A stretch of DNA of 63,753 nucleotides, the filler included, from Reclinomonas americana ATCC 50394 (lineage: Eukaryota): assembly GCA_048213135.1 (NCBI GenBank). It is 14 parts of 14 records of this genome, joined end to end, with 100 filler letters (N's around TTAATTAATTAA, not from the genome) between each part and the next. Parts side by side here need not be neighbours in the genome. Positions count along the whole stretch, not along the records: positions 28,200 to 40,610 come from AFZH01019279.1; positions 40,711 to 44,300 come from AFZH01019280.1; positions 44,401 to 48,335 come from AFZH01019281.1; positions 48,436 to 50,749 come from AFZH01019283.1; 10 more parts are not named here. One strand, 5' to 3'. Under the pieces are notes generated by a model, which saw only the letters and a program-made list of their open reading frames with translations, was not told the origin of the DNA and did no database searches. Positions 36,685-50,749 of the stretch are shown here, in pieces. The first letter of the stretch is position 1; each line of letters begins with the position of its first letter. A program made the position numbers and the translations under genes.

Positions 36685-39600
36685 TCATTCCGAGGCCATC
36701 AATCGTAATGCCGGGCGCTCGTCGTCTGACTCGGCAATTGCACGGCGCTTGAGAGGTGGTGCGGCGAACCGCGGTGACTCGTCGTCTATCGGAGAGTCGT
36801 TGTCCCCGTCGGCGTCGTCGATTTCATCGTCATCGCTCACCGGCGACTCCTCAAAGGCAAACACTCGCTTCCGCGTGGGTATAGTCAGAGTGGTGCCCGT
36901 CGTCGTCGTGGATATTGGCGGCTCCAACGCATCTTCTACAATTGCAGTGGGCGACGGCGACTCAGCTGGCGTCGACGACCGTGACGCCTGCTCTTCATGC
37001 TGTTGCTGCTGTCGCAGTTGTTGTTGGTGTTGTAGTTGCTGCTGGAGGTGGTGCTGTTGGTGCGCAGACACATACTCCAAGTACTCGAGCAGCTTGTCTA
37101 GCGTGGTACCGGCGCGCAAGTTAAGCAGCAGCTTTTGACCCGTCAGGAAATCGACCACACGGGCACTGGCTGCGCGGTTCCACGAAGGGCGGCTATGCAC
37201 TGCGCAATCAAACACACATGTACAAGGATTGAGTGACGATGAGAAGATTGAGGGGGCGGCAGGAGGCGACACGGAATACGCAACGCATTACAGAGTGCCA
37301 CCGATGAACACCCAACACGTGATCGCTGGACGCTCCCAACAGATCGATGGAGGCTCGGACCAATGCACACGAATCTCGCCAGGGATCGACGGGCGGACTT
37401 GGCTCCTCTGCCGCGTCAAAGTACGAAGCTCCCACCATGGCCTCGCTGTCGCTGGAGGAGTCCGTCTCGTACTCGGAGGACAAGACCGACGCCGCATCTT
37501 GCACTGATCGGTCACTGGGAATCGGTGATTCGCGATCGCGCCTTCTTGCGTGTTGTCGCTGCGTGTGTTGTGGTGGCTGCGGTTGACTGGCTGACGAAGA
37601 TCGGATGCGGACCTGATACTGCGAGCCAGACTGCGACGGTCGACCCGACGACTCGGAACGGGTGCCAACCGACCCAGCGCCCCTCGCAATCGGCCGTGAC
37701 CGCCGTTCTGAAGGAGCGATGGCTACACACACGCACGCGGAAACACAGATTAGCCAAACGAGAGATGCGTGTCTCTCATCATCCCTTCCCCACTCTTTGC
37801 GGTTGCTCACCATTTTGTGGAACACGTTCGAGAAACTCGGCGGGGGCCATGATACGCCCCCCGGCAGCCAGGTGAGTCTCCAGGTGACTGGAGTGCAAAT
37901 AGGTGGCCGGGCGGTCGTTGGTTTTGATGACCAGCGACGCCGCACCGCTGCGTAGTAGGTAGCTGTTGAGCACTTGCGGCAGCATGCGGGCCGGCTGCTT
38001 TTCTGGCTCGTCGGGTGGCGGTCTCGTCGACTCGCTGATAAGGCGCAGCATTGTCGGCACATCGACGGCCCTGCCGACACGTTCCAGTGCATGAATGCTC
38101 TCGCCAAGCCATGTGCCACGACTTGTCATTGCCTGCGAGTTCGAGGCCGCGTAAATGTTGGCCGCATTCGACGCAGAGGTCGGCTTGGCAGAGGTACCAG
38201 GCCGCGGGATGGCCATCATTGACCCCGGAGCGCGCGGCGCCTGCTGTGGTCGTTGTTGTTGTGCAGATTGAGAGGCGCGCCCGGATGGTGGCGGTGGCTG
38301 TACAAGACTGTGCGGTGGTAGCATTCCGCCGCCGTGACGCGGCGCACTGATGTTTGGGTTGTTCGGCACCGTAAGGAGCTCTGGCGCAGCTGCGCGTGAT
38401 ACAAACGTAAACACACAGTTACCGGTCGCTCTCTGACTTCTCCCCGTCACACACAAACCTACGCTGGCGTCAGCATAGTCCTTGAAGACATAGACATCGT
38501 GGTGCGGTTTCCACACGAGCGACTGCACGCCGAGTCGATTGGCATGCATGCGAATGGCAGAGGCACACACACGTGCGTCGGTATATGGCACCGCGCGCTT
38601 CGGTGGTTGGTGCTCGCTGTAGTCTCGTACGCGCCGCACAATCTCATCCACATGCTGCAGACACACCACCATGTGTGAGCCCCAAAACACTTGCATGTCA
38701 CGCACCCCATCTCGAACAACAACAAACCAGCGGAGCGCCTGCTTCTCGAAGCACCAAAATGGCCTCGCCAAGCCACGTTCCACGCCGACTGATCACCGAC
38801 GCCAGAACGTCGGGATTGACCTTGTGGGTGCGTCCAGACGATTCTGCAGCTGTCGCGCTGCTGGTGGACGTGGTGGTGGTCGTTGTCGTCGTTGTGGAGG
38901 CAGTTGCGCCGATGAGGTGTGCCGTCGGCGTATTCCGTCGTGATCCGGTGTCTTCGTCCTCCAGCTGCACATCGTCGCGCTCCTCGCCGTCATCTTCGTA
39001 CTCCTCGTCCCCCGAACTATGCTTCTGCGCTTGCTGGCGACCGCGGCCAGCGTACTCTTCTTCTTCTCCGTCGCTGTAGTCTTCGCCGTCAGCTGCAAAG
39101 CGACCTGTTGATACCGGAGCACGCTGAAATACGCGCGCTTCATCGTCGTCATCACCGTCGAGCAACAGCTCCAAGTCGTCATCGTCGTCATCGTATACGC
39201 TACGCGCCGCAGCATTCTCCGTGCGCGCCCGCGAAGGTGGTGGTGGTGGTGGTGGTGCCGATGGCTGCAGGAGTGGTAGGGGAGCAGGATTCGAGCGGGC
39301 AAACTTGCCGCCCGGCGTACGCAGCTGAAAGTGTGAATTGTGCAACCGCGGTGGACCTGTCGACGGCGTGCTACCGGACCGACGAGATCGCACTCGTCGC
39401 ACACGAACACGACCACCACCGCCGTTCCCGTCGGCGCCGTCCTCCAATTCGTCATTGGAGTGAAACTCGTTATCTGACTCGCGATCATCACCGTCACCAG
39501 TCCCCTCACGTCGATTATGATGGTGATGGTGGTGGTGATGTTGGTGCCGATGTGGAAGTTGACTGCGGCCCTGACTGCCTCTCCGCTGTTGCCTTCGCAT

Positions 39601-40528
39601 CTGCCGTAATCTCTCGTTCTTGTCACCGTGCGCAACCCTACTCATTCCGTTACCGTACCCACCAGAACCACCGTCACCGCCATCTTCACCATCCTCGTCC
39701 ATCGGCTCATCCTCCTCCTCCTCCTCTGCGTAGTCCGCCTCCTCTTCTTCCCCTTCCTCTTCATCGCCTCCCTGCATCCCTCTCCGCGCTCTTCGATTGC
39801 CATGATCTTCGTTCGCCTCGTCTTCTTCATCCTCTTCGTCGCCGTCGTCGTTAGCCGCCTCAATTGCCCGTCCATTCTCCTCCTCCTCGTCACTCTGCGA
39901 GTCTTCCCACCGGTGCACTTCGGTCGAAGGCACGCGCTTTCGCGGGCGACCCAACCGCTTCTCTCCTGGATCACAGGATGAGTACATCTGCTGTGTGCGC
40001 GAGAGCATGACAGGGAGGTGTCACGGTACGAGCGCACCGGGATTGACAGCGGTGACTGGCACAAACTTGAGCGGCCGCCGACCAAGCACGTCGGCCGGCT
40101 CTCGGGCCACATACACGCCACGACGTGGTCGATCGAGGAGAGACTCCACGCCGTACGTGGTCATGTGTTGCGTGAGCAACTTGATGAGTCGTGCCGCACT
40201 TTGCGGAGCGCCCGAACGTGCACCCGGGTAGTTGTTCTGCGTGTGCGTGACGGAAAGAAACCAGGCGTGTTGGTCTCCCAGCAGCAGCGCCCAACGGAGC
40301 ACTCCCGACAACTCACCAGCGCCATCACTTTCTCACGCAACACGGCAATCGGGAGTGGCATCCCCGCCACTCGCAACTGCCAGAATGCGATTCGTCAGCA
40401 ATGCAGGTCAACGAGAAAAAAAAAGTGAATCAATTCGCACCACATGAAGAGCCTCGCCGACCCACGACCCACGAGTCGCGGACAAGGTCGACGGCAGTGC
40501 CTCCAGCGCCTGCAGCTCGTCTCCACCG
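36685..40528 (-). CDS. Large nuclear protein with three HARE-HTH-like repeats and an AT-hook; 5'-truncated by gap
   Basis: RGSWVGEALHVLRVAGMPL, RGTWLGEAILVLREAGAPL, RGTWLGESIHALERVGRAV; KRLGRPRKR; acidic and His tracts. Confidence 0.65.
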
Positions 40529-40787
40529 CTGCGACGCGAAGAACGACAAAAAAAAAGAGATGTCCATTGTGAGTCCCCACTCACAGCGGTGCACCTATAG
40601 GGGAAACGAANNNNNNNNNNNNNNNNNNNNNNNNNNNNNNNNNNNNNNNNNNNNTTAATTAATTAANNNNNNNNNNNNNNNNNNNNNNNNNNNNNNNNNN
40701 NNNNNNNNNNTGCTTTTGGCGGGTTGCAATGCGTTTTTTTTCTTTTGTTGCACGTTTTACATAATTGTATCACCGTCTCAGGTTATC

Positions 40788-43700
40788 CTATCGATGGCTA
40801 GCTAGCTTGGCTCGCAGTAAAAGCAGCTTGTCGCCCGGCGCCTCCGCATACATCGAGCTGCCGTCGTCGATGCCCGACGGGACGGCCACGGTGACGGCTT
40901 GCGTGGAGAGCGGTGAATCGTTGACCATGTTCGTGGACCCGATGAAGCCGGAACTGGCGAAGCGCGGTGGCGGTAATTGCGAGGGTGGCGGGGTGCCGGG
41001 ATGCGCAACAGGCATGGATGCACTGCTGCTGCCCATGGAGATGGACGAAGGGCGACTAGGGGGCGGCTGTCAATCGCACGTATGTGTCAGCGCCAGCAGA
41101 GTCATCAATAAGACGCATGGAAAACAAAAAAACCTTGGCGGCAACTGGCGATCCAGTGTCGCGTAATTGCTGTGCGGCAACGTCCAGTCGGTGCACGAGA
41201 CTGGCCAGCGGATCCATGTGAGCAATGTGGAGCCGCGAGGAGGTGGGCGGCGGCGACACGGGACTGGTCGGCTCGCCGTTGCCCGACGAGTCGCCAATGT
41301 CTGTGGCCGCCACTGCAGCCGCTGATCCTGCGCCAAAGCCGGTGCTCGCTCGCTTTGTGCGATCGAGCTCGCCCAGCAACGTCGGCAGCGGCACCATGTG
41401 GGACGAGTACGGCGAGCCCGACCCGTAGCTGGGGCTCGCTACTCCCATGCTGCTCATGCCTCGGTCGCCGCGACCGTTGCTCATGCCTTGCACCGACGAC
41501 GCTGGCGCCGCAGCACCGGCCGCAGCCGCCGCACCGGTGCCCGAGCTGCCGTTCTCGGTCGACGCCGTATCAAAAAGGGCTGCCAACGTCGGCGGAGTGC
41601 CGGCGTGCGGCGGAGTGCGCAGAGGACCGGCCCAGTCTGTGATCGACGAGTCAGCATGCATTTCTTCCGCGCTCTCCACGGCCGCAAACGCAACGTCGGT
41701 AGCCGAGAGAATTTCGCTGGTGCAGAGGGCTCGCGGCAGCATTCTGTGCCTTATTGTCGCCCACAATGCCGCCGGCAGGACCCTCACGCTGTCGCTTGTG
41801 TCGCTCCATCTCGTCGGCCAGCTCCTGGAACCTGGCCACACGCTCGTCGAGCCGCGCACGCAACGTGTTGACCTCGGCCTGCAGTCGGCCACTTGCGATG
41901 CCCTGCAGAGGAACGCAAGCTGTTCAGCATCGCCTGGCTCGTCATACACACACACACATCCACTCGACATGCGCAAACCTGCTCATCCACAATGTTGGCG
42001 AGCACGGCCACGCGGCTGTCCATCTTGCGCACGCGGTTGGAATCCGTCTCCACCTCGTCCAACACCTTCTTCACATCGGCCAGCTGGCGAGCCATTTCGT
42101 CGGAGCTGTGTACCACCACGGCCGCCGACTCCTTCTGCAGCGAGGTGGCCAGCAGCGACTGCCGCTCAGCTTGGTCCACACGATCCAGCACCTGGTTCAT
42201 CTCGCGATGCATGGCCTTCTCCAACTCGTCGATGCGACGACTCATCAGCTCGCGTTCCCGCGTCTGCTGCTCGATGACGTCGTGCAACTGTTGCACCTAC
42301 GACGCATACACACACACGAGTGAGCAGAATGCGAATCACGGTGGGGACAAGGAAAACATGGCGCGCAACTTGTTGCCTGTACGCCTCAGTGACGGCGTGC
42401 AGTTGCTCGAGCGTGACATAGTTGCTGTTGGAGCCACCACCGTCGCCACCACGTGACGGCGGCAGAACAAGGGTCGGCGGCGGCTGCAGTCGTTGCTGCT
42501 GCTGGTGAGTCGCCAAGTCTTCCTGCTGTTGCTGGAGAAGCTGTTGCTGTCGCAGCAACTGCTGTTGCTGCTGTTGGAATTGTGCATGTTGCTCTTGCAA
42601 CTGGCGCAGCTGTTCGCGCACCGCCGACGACTCGCGATCCTGCGACTGTACGGTCTTTTGTGCGTCACCGGCGCCATCCTGCGGCGAACACACGAATGAG
42701 CCAACGAGATGCAACTGTTTCATGAACAGTATCACGCACGGTCCACGCTCCACCAAAGTGGTCTTCTGGTGGCGCGCGTGAGCTGGCGGCCAACTGCGAC
42801 AACATTGTAAAGACGTTGACGGAGCCGCGTGGAAAAAACACTTGCTGGGACGGTACCTTGTTGGATATCGCGTGAGTCGCCGAGGGCCCTTGTTGCTGCG
42901 ACTGCGAACGAGGTCAGTCGGTGCACATCCGGCAAAGAGCGCACCACAGACGATGCAACAGACCTGTGAGCGCCGAACTTGTGGCACCGATGGCTCTGCG
43001 GCAACCACGGCTGGGGAGTCGACACTCGCATCGCGCATCTATCCGCGACACACAGTGTGAGCACATCCCTTCAGTCAGGCAACCGCTCAGACGCGCGCAA
43101 CATCAAGCGATCCAATGCTGCGATGCGGCATCTCTTCGGGAGCGGCTGAGTGTACGGCCGTCGGTGCTGTAGCCACACGTCGTTGCTCGCTGCCACCAGA
43201 CGAGCGACCTGCATCCCAACGCCATAAAACTCAGCACGACACGATGCAATCAAAAAAGAAGCGCGCCACCACACTCACCACCAGTTCGTCGTCGACTGTC
43301 CTGCGCGGACGACGCAGCTTCGCTGGCGGGATTGGCGGTGGGTGATGGTGGCCGCGGAGCACGATCTGACGGGACCACCGCTTGCAGGAGCGCTCCATTC
43401 ACTCGACTGCTGCTGTCGCCGCCACCGCCGCCACCGATACCACTACCTGCTCGGAGACGAGCGCCCATGTCAAGGTCGTCGCCTTCACCCGCGCCAACAC
43501 CTCCCTCTTCGTCATCGTCTTCGTCAGCCGCACGGCGCATGGTCGGCGACGTGGTTGTCGGCACGCGACCTCCGGCAGTGCCACCAGTAGCACGGGATGC
43601 CGACGATGATCCGGGTCGCTTGACAGGCGGCTTGCGCCACGACTCGTCGCCACCATCCACCTCCTACAAGCACACCACAAACATGAATATCGATCGCGTC

Positions 43701-44300
43701 ACCCAGGAGGAGAATCCAAAACGGCGCAACGTCGGCAGCAGCCACGGACGGCAAGTGTCTCCGTTGCTCCTCCCAGCCCGGCATCGAGTCGGCGACCGAC
43801 GCCGGCAGCAACTCCAACACATCCTCAAACAGCGCTCGGTGGTGCCGCAGCACGACCTCCACCGCCAAGTTCAATCGCTGTGTGTCGCGAGCCACCTGCA
43901 TCGAACCGAACAGCTTGCGTGAGGAAAAGCAGGGGAGTGGCCGAGCAGCAAGCAAACACCAACCTCCTGCATGTACGCCAGACCGGTGGCATTCGCGCTA
44001 AAGTTCGGCGCCTGGCCATTGGCGTGCGGTGGCGATGCGAGCAGCGTCTCGGCCTCGGCCTTGAGCGGCAGACGAAAAAAGGTCTGTGCCAGGCAAATCG
44101 ACAACGCCTTATAGTTCATGCAGTTCTGCGCCGACTGTGCATGCACGGCCTCGCACAGTCGCGCCACCGCACAAAAGAGCGTGCGGTGCGGCACGGGCAG
44201 CCGATTGAGAAGGCGCCGCAACTGGTCGAGCAAGCGCGCCGAACCCGGCGACGACGTCCACTCATCCGCAAACTCCATCAGCTGCACCACCAGCTCATCG
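40788..44300 (-). CDS. RhoGAP-domain protein (end of GAP domain plus coiled-coil tail); 5'-truncated
   Basis: LLNRLPVPHRTLFCAVARLCEAVHAQSAQNCMNYKALSICLAQTFFR matches RhoGAP C-terminal helices; Gln-rich coiled coil downstream. Confidence 0.7.
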
Positions 44301-44891
44301 NNNNNNNNNNNNNNNNNNNNNNNNNNNNNNNNNNNNNNNNNNNNTTAATTAATTAANNNNNNNNNNNNNNNNNNNNNNNNNNNNNNNNNNNNNNNNNNNN
44401 CCAGGTCGACATCCCATTCTCTCTCTCTGTGTGTGAGAGAGTGTGTGAGACAGTGGACCCGGGGTGAGTGGAGAGAGGACCGCAGACGAAAATGACCAAA
44501 GTGTGATCTCACACAGACAGACAGAGAGCAAGAGAGAGCGAGGTGTGTGTGTGTGTGATGAGTGGACGAAACATGCGCGTTGTGTCGTTGTGTGTGTGTG
44601 AGAGTAGACTGGCGTGCGCGCCGTTGCAACGAGGACGGATTGGAATGCGCGGGAAGAGGCGAGCCGCTCATTTGTCCGAGTCGTTGAGCGTGTGGTGAGC
44701 AAGCAAACACCGCTTTCTCACCTGTCCTTTCTCCCACGCGCGCGCACACTTTCTCGCTCCACGTGCATCGATCATCCACACTGCGCCTCGGAGGGCCACA
44801 CTTTCCTCCTGTCCTTTATCTTTCCGCTTGGTTTGTAACGATCGGCCATCGGACACAGAGTTGTGTTCTTCATTGTTGAGAGCAAGGCAGC

Positions 44892-47624
44892 ATGGGATCG
44901 AGTCCGTCGATGAGCAGCAAGGTCTCTCCGACCAATCAGCACCTGCCTCGTCGCGATAGTAACGGTCCGCACGGACCAGTGGCCTTTGCCGAGGTTTTGT
45001 TGTTGTTGTTCGATTTCTGGTGCTGATCACTGGAGGAAGGCACGCGCTGACGTGAACGTATCTCTTTCGTGTGCGATCATAGGACCCGTCGCACAATGAT
45101 ACGCACAAGACAAGAGAACAGGAGGATCTTGATCGCAAGGTTCGTGTGCGCTGAACCGTTCTCTTGCGATGATCAAGTGAGAGAGGCGGTTGACACTTGG
45201 TGTGCGCGCAGATCTGGCAAGAGGACCTGGCGAAGCGACGACAAGTTGAGTGCAGTTGTGCTTCCGCCTCCCTCGCTCTCTCTGTGGCTGACCGCCACTC
45301 GTCTGCTACGCACGCGCAGGTCACCAATCCGTTCAGTCAGAAGCGATCATGCACCGACTGTCTGTGGCTGATTCTGATTCTGGCGTTCTGGGCCGGCATG
45401 GGATACGTGGCGTATCTGGGCTACCAGCGCGGCTCGCCTGCACGGTGAGAGCGCGCGTTGACTGGCGTCTTCTCCGCGACAGTCATCTCAAATTCGTTTG
45501 CCTCCGAACGCAGAGTTGTCTACGGCCGCGATCAGCTCGGCAACCTGTGCGGTGTGGATAACACGTCGCCGTCGTATGTGGAAGATGGTGCGTGGTTCTT
45601 TCGATCGTCTTGGACGAGAGTGCCTGTTTACTGAAACCGGACATGGTTGTTGTGCAGTGTGCGGAAAGGGCGTCACGAGCTGCGCCTCGGCCATGGATCT
45701 GAGCGGCTTCCGCCGTGTGTTCTTTGACCAGGGCTACCCCAACAAGGGTATATGCGTCTCCAATTGTCCCACTGACAGCACCAATGTCAGCAGCGCGGTG
45801 AGTGCAGCAGATGTCAGTTGCCTTTGTCGCCATCTCACATTTCTAGCTTGATCGTCGCACAGTTCCCAGCGGACTACCCCGGCCGTGGCGTTAGCTCCCC
45901 GACGTGGTACGCGACACGCAACATCTTTTTCCGATGCTTCCCCAACGCGCTGGTCGACGCCACGCTGACGGAGGCTCAGGCGCGTGTCGATTCGAGTCTC
46001 AGCAACGCCGCCGACTCGGCGCGTCGTGCCATGGGCACTCTGTACCAGTGCTGGCGTGTGCTGGCCATTTGCGCCGGTATCGCCATGGTCATCTCCTTCT
46101 TGTGGATTGTGCTGCTGCGCTGCACCGCCGGCGCCTTTGTCTACAGCACCATTATTCTGCTGATTGCTGGTCTCGGCGTGTCGGCATGGTTCCTTCTCGA
46201 CTACTCAACCTCGTTGAGTAACGACAATACCGCCACTGGCCTGTCGTACTTCAAGAACAGCAAGATCCTCTTCCAGGTGCTCGGCTGGACGGCCGCCGGT
46301 CTCGGTGGCCTCCTCCTTCTCATCTCGTGCTTCTTCCTGACGCGTCTTCGTCTGACGGTGGCGCTGATGGCGCTGGCGTCGCGTGCTGTCGCCTCCGTGC
46401 CCATGATGATGGTGAGTGTGTGTGTGTGCCGATTTGCTGCACGAGTATGGAGTGGATGACGCTGAGCGACGACTTGTGTGTGTTTTCGCGTGCAGCTCTT
46501 CCCGCTGTGGATGCTGGCCGTCGAGATTGCGTTTACGGTATTCTGGATCGCCACCTGCATCTTCCTCATGAGCGCCGGCCAGTTTGATGCCCTCACCGGC
46601 AACTTTACCTACGACAAGACGCTGGCGTACCTGCAGTTGTACCATGTGTTTGGCTACTTTTGGACGTCGCAGTTCCTGTGGGGCGTGTCATTTGTGAGTC
46701 GATTTACTTGTTGTTGTCATCATCATCGTCGTGATTTTGCTTACCCTCCACGTGATAGGTCGTTCTCTCAATGACCGTGTCGAGCTGGTACTTTGGCACT
46801 GTGGGCGACGACAAGGAGGCGCCGTCGTTCGCCACCTGGCACTCGTTCTGGCGCACGATGCGATACCACCTCGGATCAATTGCCTTCGGCTCCTTCATCA
46901 TCGCCGTGGTCAAGCTCATCCGCTACCTGCTGGCCAAGCTGCAAGCGCGTCTGAAGAATTCGACAAACTGCTGCCTGAAGGCCTGCTTGTGCTGCTGCCA
47001 GTGCTGCTTGTGGTGCTTTGAGAAGTGCCTCAAGTTCATCACCAAGATTGCCTACGTCGAGGTTTGTGGCGCTAGAGGGACACAGATCTCTCTTCGTTCT
47101 CGTTTCACTCACCACGTGGATGGGCGTGCCACGCGCGCAGGTGGCAATGCAGGGAACTTCGTTCTGCGGCGGCGCACGAATGGCATTCGGCCTGCTGACG
47201 CGCAACGCCGCCACCCTGATGGTGGTCAACCTGATTGGCGACCTCATGATCTTCTTCAGCAAGCTGTGTGTCACCTTGCTGACGGCGCTGTGCGGCTACT
47301 TCCTGTTGAATGTCGACAAGCTGGCCGACGGCGTCGATGGCAAGGTGTTGCCACTGGCCGTCATCTGCATCATTGCCTACCTGGTGACCTCGATCTTCTT
47401 CTCCGTGTACGACACGGCGATTGAGACGCTGGTGATTTGCTTCCTCGAGGATCGGGAACAGAACAATGGCACTCAAGGTTGGTCTCGCTGCGCTGTCAAG
47501 AGTTTTTGCTCGGTTTTCTTTTCGCTTACCAACGGGCGCAGAACAACCATACTACACACCGGAGCTGTTGGAGCTGTTCAACAAGCACAACCAAAAGGGC
47601 GTTGAGGACGCCACCAAGCGCTGA
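44892..47624 (+). CDS. Choline transporter-like protein (CTL/SLC44 family)
   Basis: KRSCTDCLWLIL, YGRDQLGNLCG, GICVSNCP, FGYFWTSQF, RYHLGSIAFGSFIIA, CCLWCFEKCLKFI, GTSFC, YDTAIETLVICFLED. Confidence 0.92.
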
Positions 47625-47970
47625 ATTCGTTAACAGCGCACCCTTTATAGTCGTTTCTCTTTCTCTCTCACTGTTGTTTTGCTTTCCTCCCTCATGTGTA
47701 TGTGTGTACAAGAATGCCTGTTTCTATTTTTTCCTTTCCTTCACTATTACTCCCCGCCACATACCCTTGCTGAATCACGAGAAGTGTAAGTCGTGTTGCG
47801 CATGCCCGAGCACGTCGACCAACAAGTATGATGATGATTTGGGACGAAACAGGACACAAGTGCTCACACAATCAACAGCGCGCGCGTCTGCCTACTTGCC
47901 TGTATCTGTCTGTCTCTGTGTGTGTGTGTGTGTGCGCTCGCTTGCGTGCAGCTCTGGCAAAGAAGGCAAG

Positions 47971-50718
47971 ATGGAGATGACTCGACAAGAGGTCATCCGA
48001 CACCTGTCGGCCGCCATTGCAGCGCCGACTGTGATGGTGTCCTCGTCGCCGGCCGCCGACGAGGCTCTCAGTCTCAATCGACTGACCTACGATGCACTGC
48101 TGAGACCGTACGGCGTGCTGCGACGGGAGGGTTCGTAAGGGAGAGAGAGACAGGTAGACAAGCAGTTGCATCACTGTCAGAGACGCCACTCTGTGTGCAT
48201 CTCTCTCTCTCTGCGTGCGTGTACATGGAACGTGTGAGAGGGCAAGCGTGTGTGTGTATGCGCGTGTGCGCGTGTGTGTGAGCGTGAGAGCGTGCGATGT
48301 CCCGGCACGTGCTTCTTTCCTCTCTTTCTCTCTTTNNNNNNNNNNNNNNNNNNNNNNNNNNNNNNNNNNNNNNNNNNNNTTAATTAATTAANNNNNNNNN
48401 NNNNNNNNNNNNNNNNNNNNNNNNNNNNNNNNNNNTTTCGTGCGAGTGGCCTCTGTGCAGGTGTGCTTGTTGACTTTGTGGTGCTGTTGTTGATACGCCA
48501 GTCGCCGTCTGACGTGTTGTGGCTGGCGTGCCCGCAGGTCACGGACTCGGCCATTTACAATGCACTTTTCCTCGAGCAGTCGGCGTACTGCTACCTGCGA
48601 CGGCCGAAACCATTTTTGCGCAAGTTTGCATTTTACCTCACGCTGGCCGGTTTCCGTTACAATCAGTGCCACATGGTAAGCCCGTACATGCATGCGCGCA
48701 CACGCAGTCGATCGCCACGAGTGCTCACTGGGTGGCGCGCGTGTGTGTCGCAGCGGAAACACGCACTGCGATGTTACCAGAGCGGATGTGAGATTTACGA
48801 CGGCAAAATGTGGGACCAGATCTCGCAGCACATCGACATCTCACTCGGGCGCTGTCACTCGTACCTCGGGGAGCTCGAGCATGCTGTGCGCCACTTCCAC
48901 TCCTTCCTCAAGCGTTGCAAGCAAGAGCGGAGGAAACAAGACGGATTCCTGAAAGAGTTCCTCGGCATGTGTGTGCGGTATGCCGAAGGGAAGCGACAGG
49001 AGGCAGCTGACGCCGGTGGCAGCAGCAGCAGTGGCAGCAGTGGCGGTGGCGTGACGATGCCTCCGAACGGTGGCCATCCGGACTCGTCACTTCCCGTCGG
49101 CATCATTGACTACATGGACATTCCGCTGCTCGACCATCGGAACATCACGGTGCTGGTGAACCGCCACGGCACGCCGGAGATGTTGAATCGAGGTGAGTGG
49201 TGTGCTGCTGTTTCGCGCCTTGCAGAGATGGACTCACAGCAATAATGACTGGTGCAGCCGGTGAGGACGATGAGGCGTGGCGAGAGCTGGAATCGGCAGC
49301 TGTCAGTGAACTGCAGGCCATTGTGGAGGAGTCGGGCAACGTGGCCATTACGACCACCAACCCGACGGGAACCGACTTCAAGGGTGCCGGTCTCAAGTTC
49401 TTGCACTCGGATTTCCCCTTCCAGTCGTTTGTGGGAGGTGAGTGAGTGAGGGAGGGTGTGGGGAGGAGAGAGAGAATCGTGGTGCTGATCATTTTCTGGG
49501 AATGCAGTGCCTCTCTACGTCGAGGTGGTCTTTGAGAATCCGCTGGACGTCCCACTCCGGCTGACCGACTTGCAGTTGCTGGCGCAGTTTGTGCAGCCTG
49601 AGCTGCCGCCAAAGGTCACTTGCCGTCGCTAATTCCACACAGTGTACAGCATGTGTCTGTTTTGCTCATTGCGTGCGTTGTACAGACGGCCGGATCGTCG
49701 TCGACAGATAGTGGATCGAGTGTGCATGACAGCTCTGGCTACAAGACCGATGTAGTGCGTCACTTCCCATGATAGGTACTGTGGCATTCTTGTGTTCATT
49801 CACCGTCTTCGCAGTTGGACAGCACCTCCACTGAATCAGCTTCTGGTCGCGGGTTCAATGTAGAGCCCGTTGATTCGCAACTGCAGCCGCACGAAATTCG
49901 CCGAGTACGTTCTCGAACATCGCACGTGCCTGCCATGGTGACACCATCTCATTGTCTTTCTTGTCTCTTCACAGTTCCGTCTGTCGCTTGTGCCGACTCG
50001 CGATGGCTGGCTGCGTGTCACTGGCGTGCGGTGGCGCCTGCAGAACCAGGTCGATTGCTGCCGCTACTTTGACGAGCCGCTGTTGCAGTTGCCGAAGCAG
50101 CGACAGAAGCGCCAGGGCTCACTGCAACATCAGATGAAGGTGGATGCGATCAATATGTCTGTGACTTCTCTCTCTCTGCTGATCTTTCCCTTGTCTCGCA
50201 GAATCCCATTGCGACAGACGCCATGCTCATTCGACCCGCGACGGCCGCGCTGCATGTGGAGGAGATGAAGACAACAGTGCCTGCCGAGCTGTACCACACT
50301 CAGTGCCAAGAGGTGCGACGGGAGAACGTATCCTCTGTTGCGTTCTGCTGGCTGACGGATGTGTGCAGGCGATTTTGCGATTCGTAAACACTGGCCACTC
50401 GGATGTGTCACACATTGCGTTGAGTGTGAGCCACGCCAGCTTCCTGGCGACCAATGTGCACCGATCGAACCTGGCCAGCTCCGTGCATGTGCCATACGCG
50501 GAATCCAGCAGTGGTACGTCCTCCACCCATGTCTGACGTTGAGTCACGTGCTGAATGGACGTGGCGCTGCGCAGAATCGTGCCGTGTAGTCGAAGAGGTG
50601 TCGTGCGAGACTCTCGTCGCCAGTGCCACCGTGTGCCGACCGCTGAGACCGCACACGTTGCGGCTGCCACAATTCACCGCCAATGATGCGCGTGGGCGAC
50701 CGACTGGTTTGTCACGAG

Positions 50719-50749
<31 letters not shown>

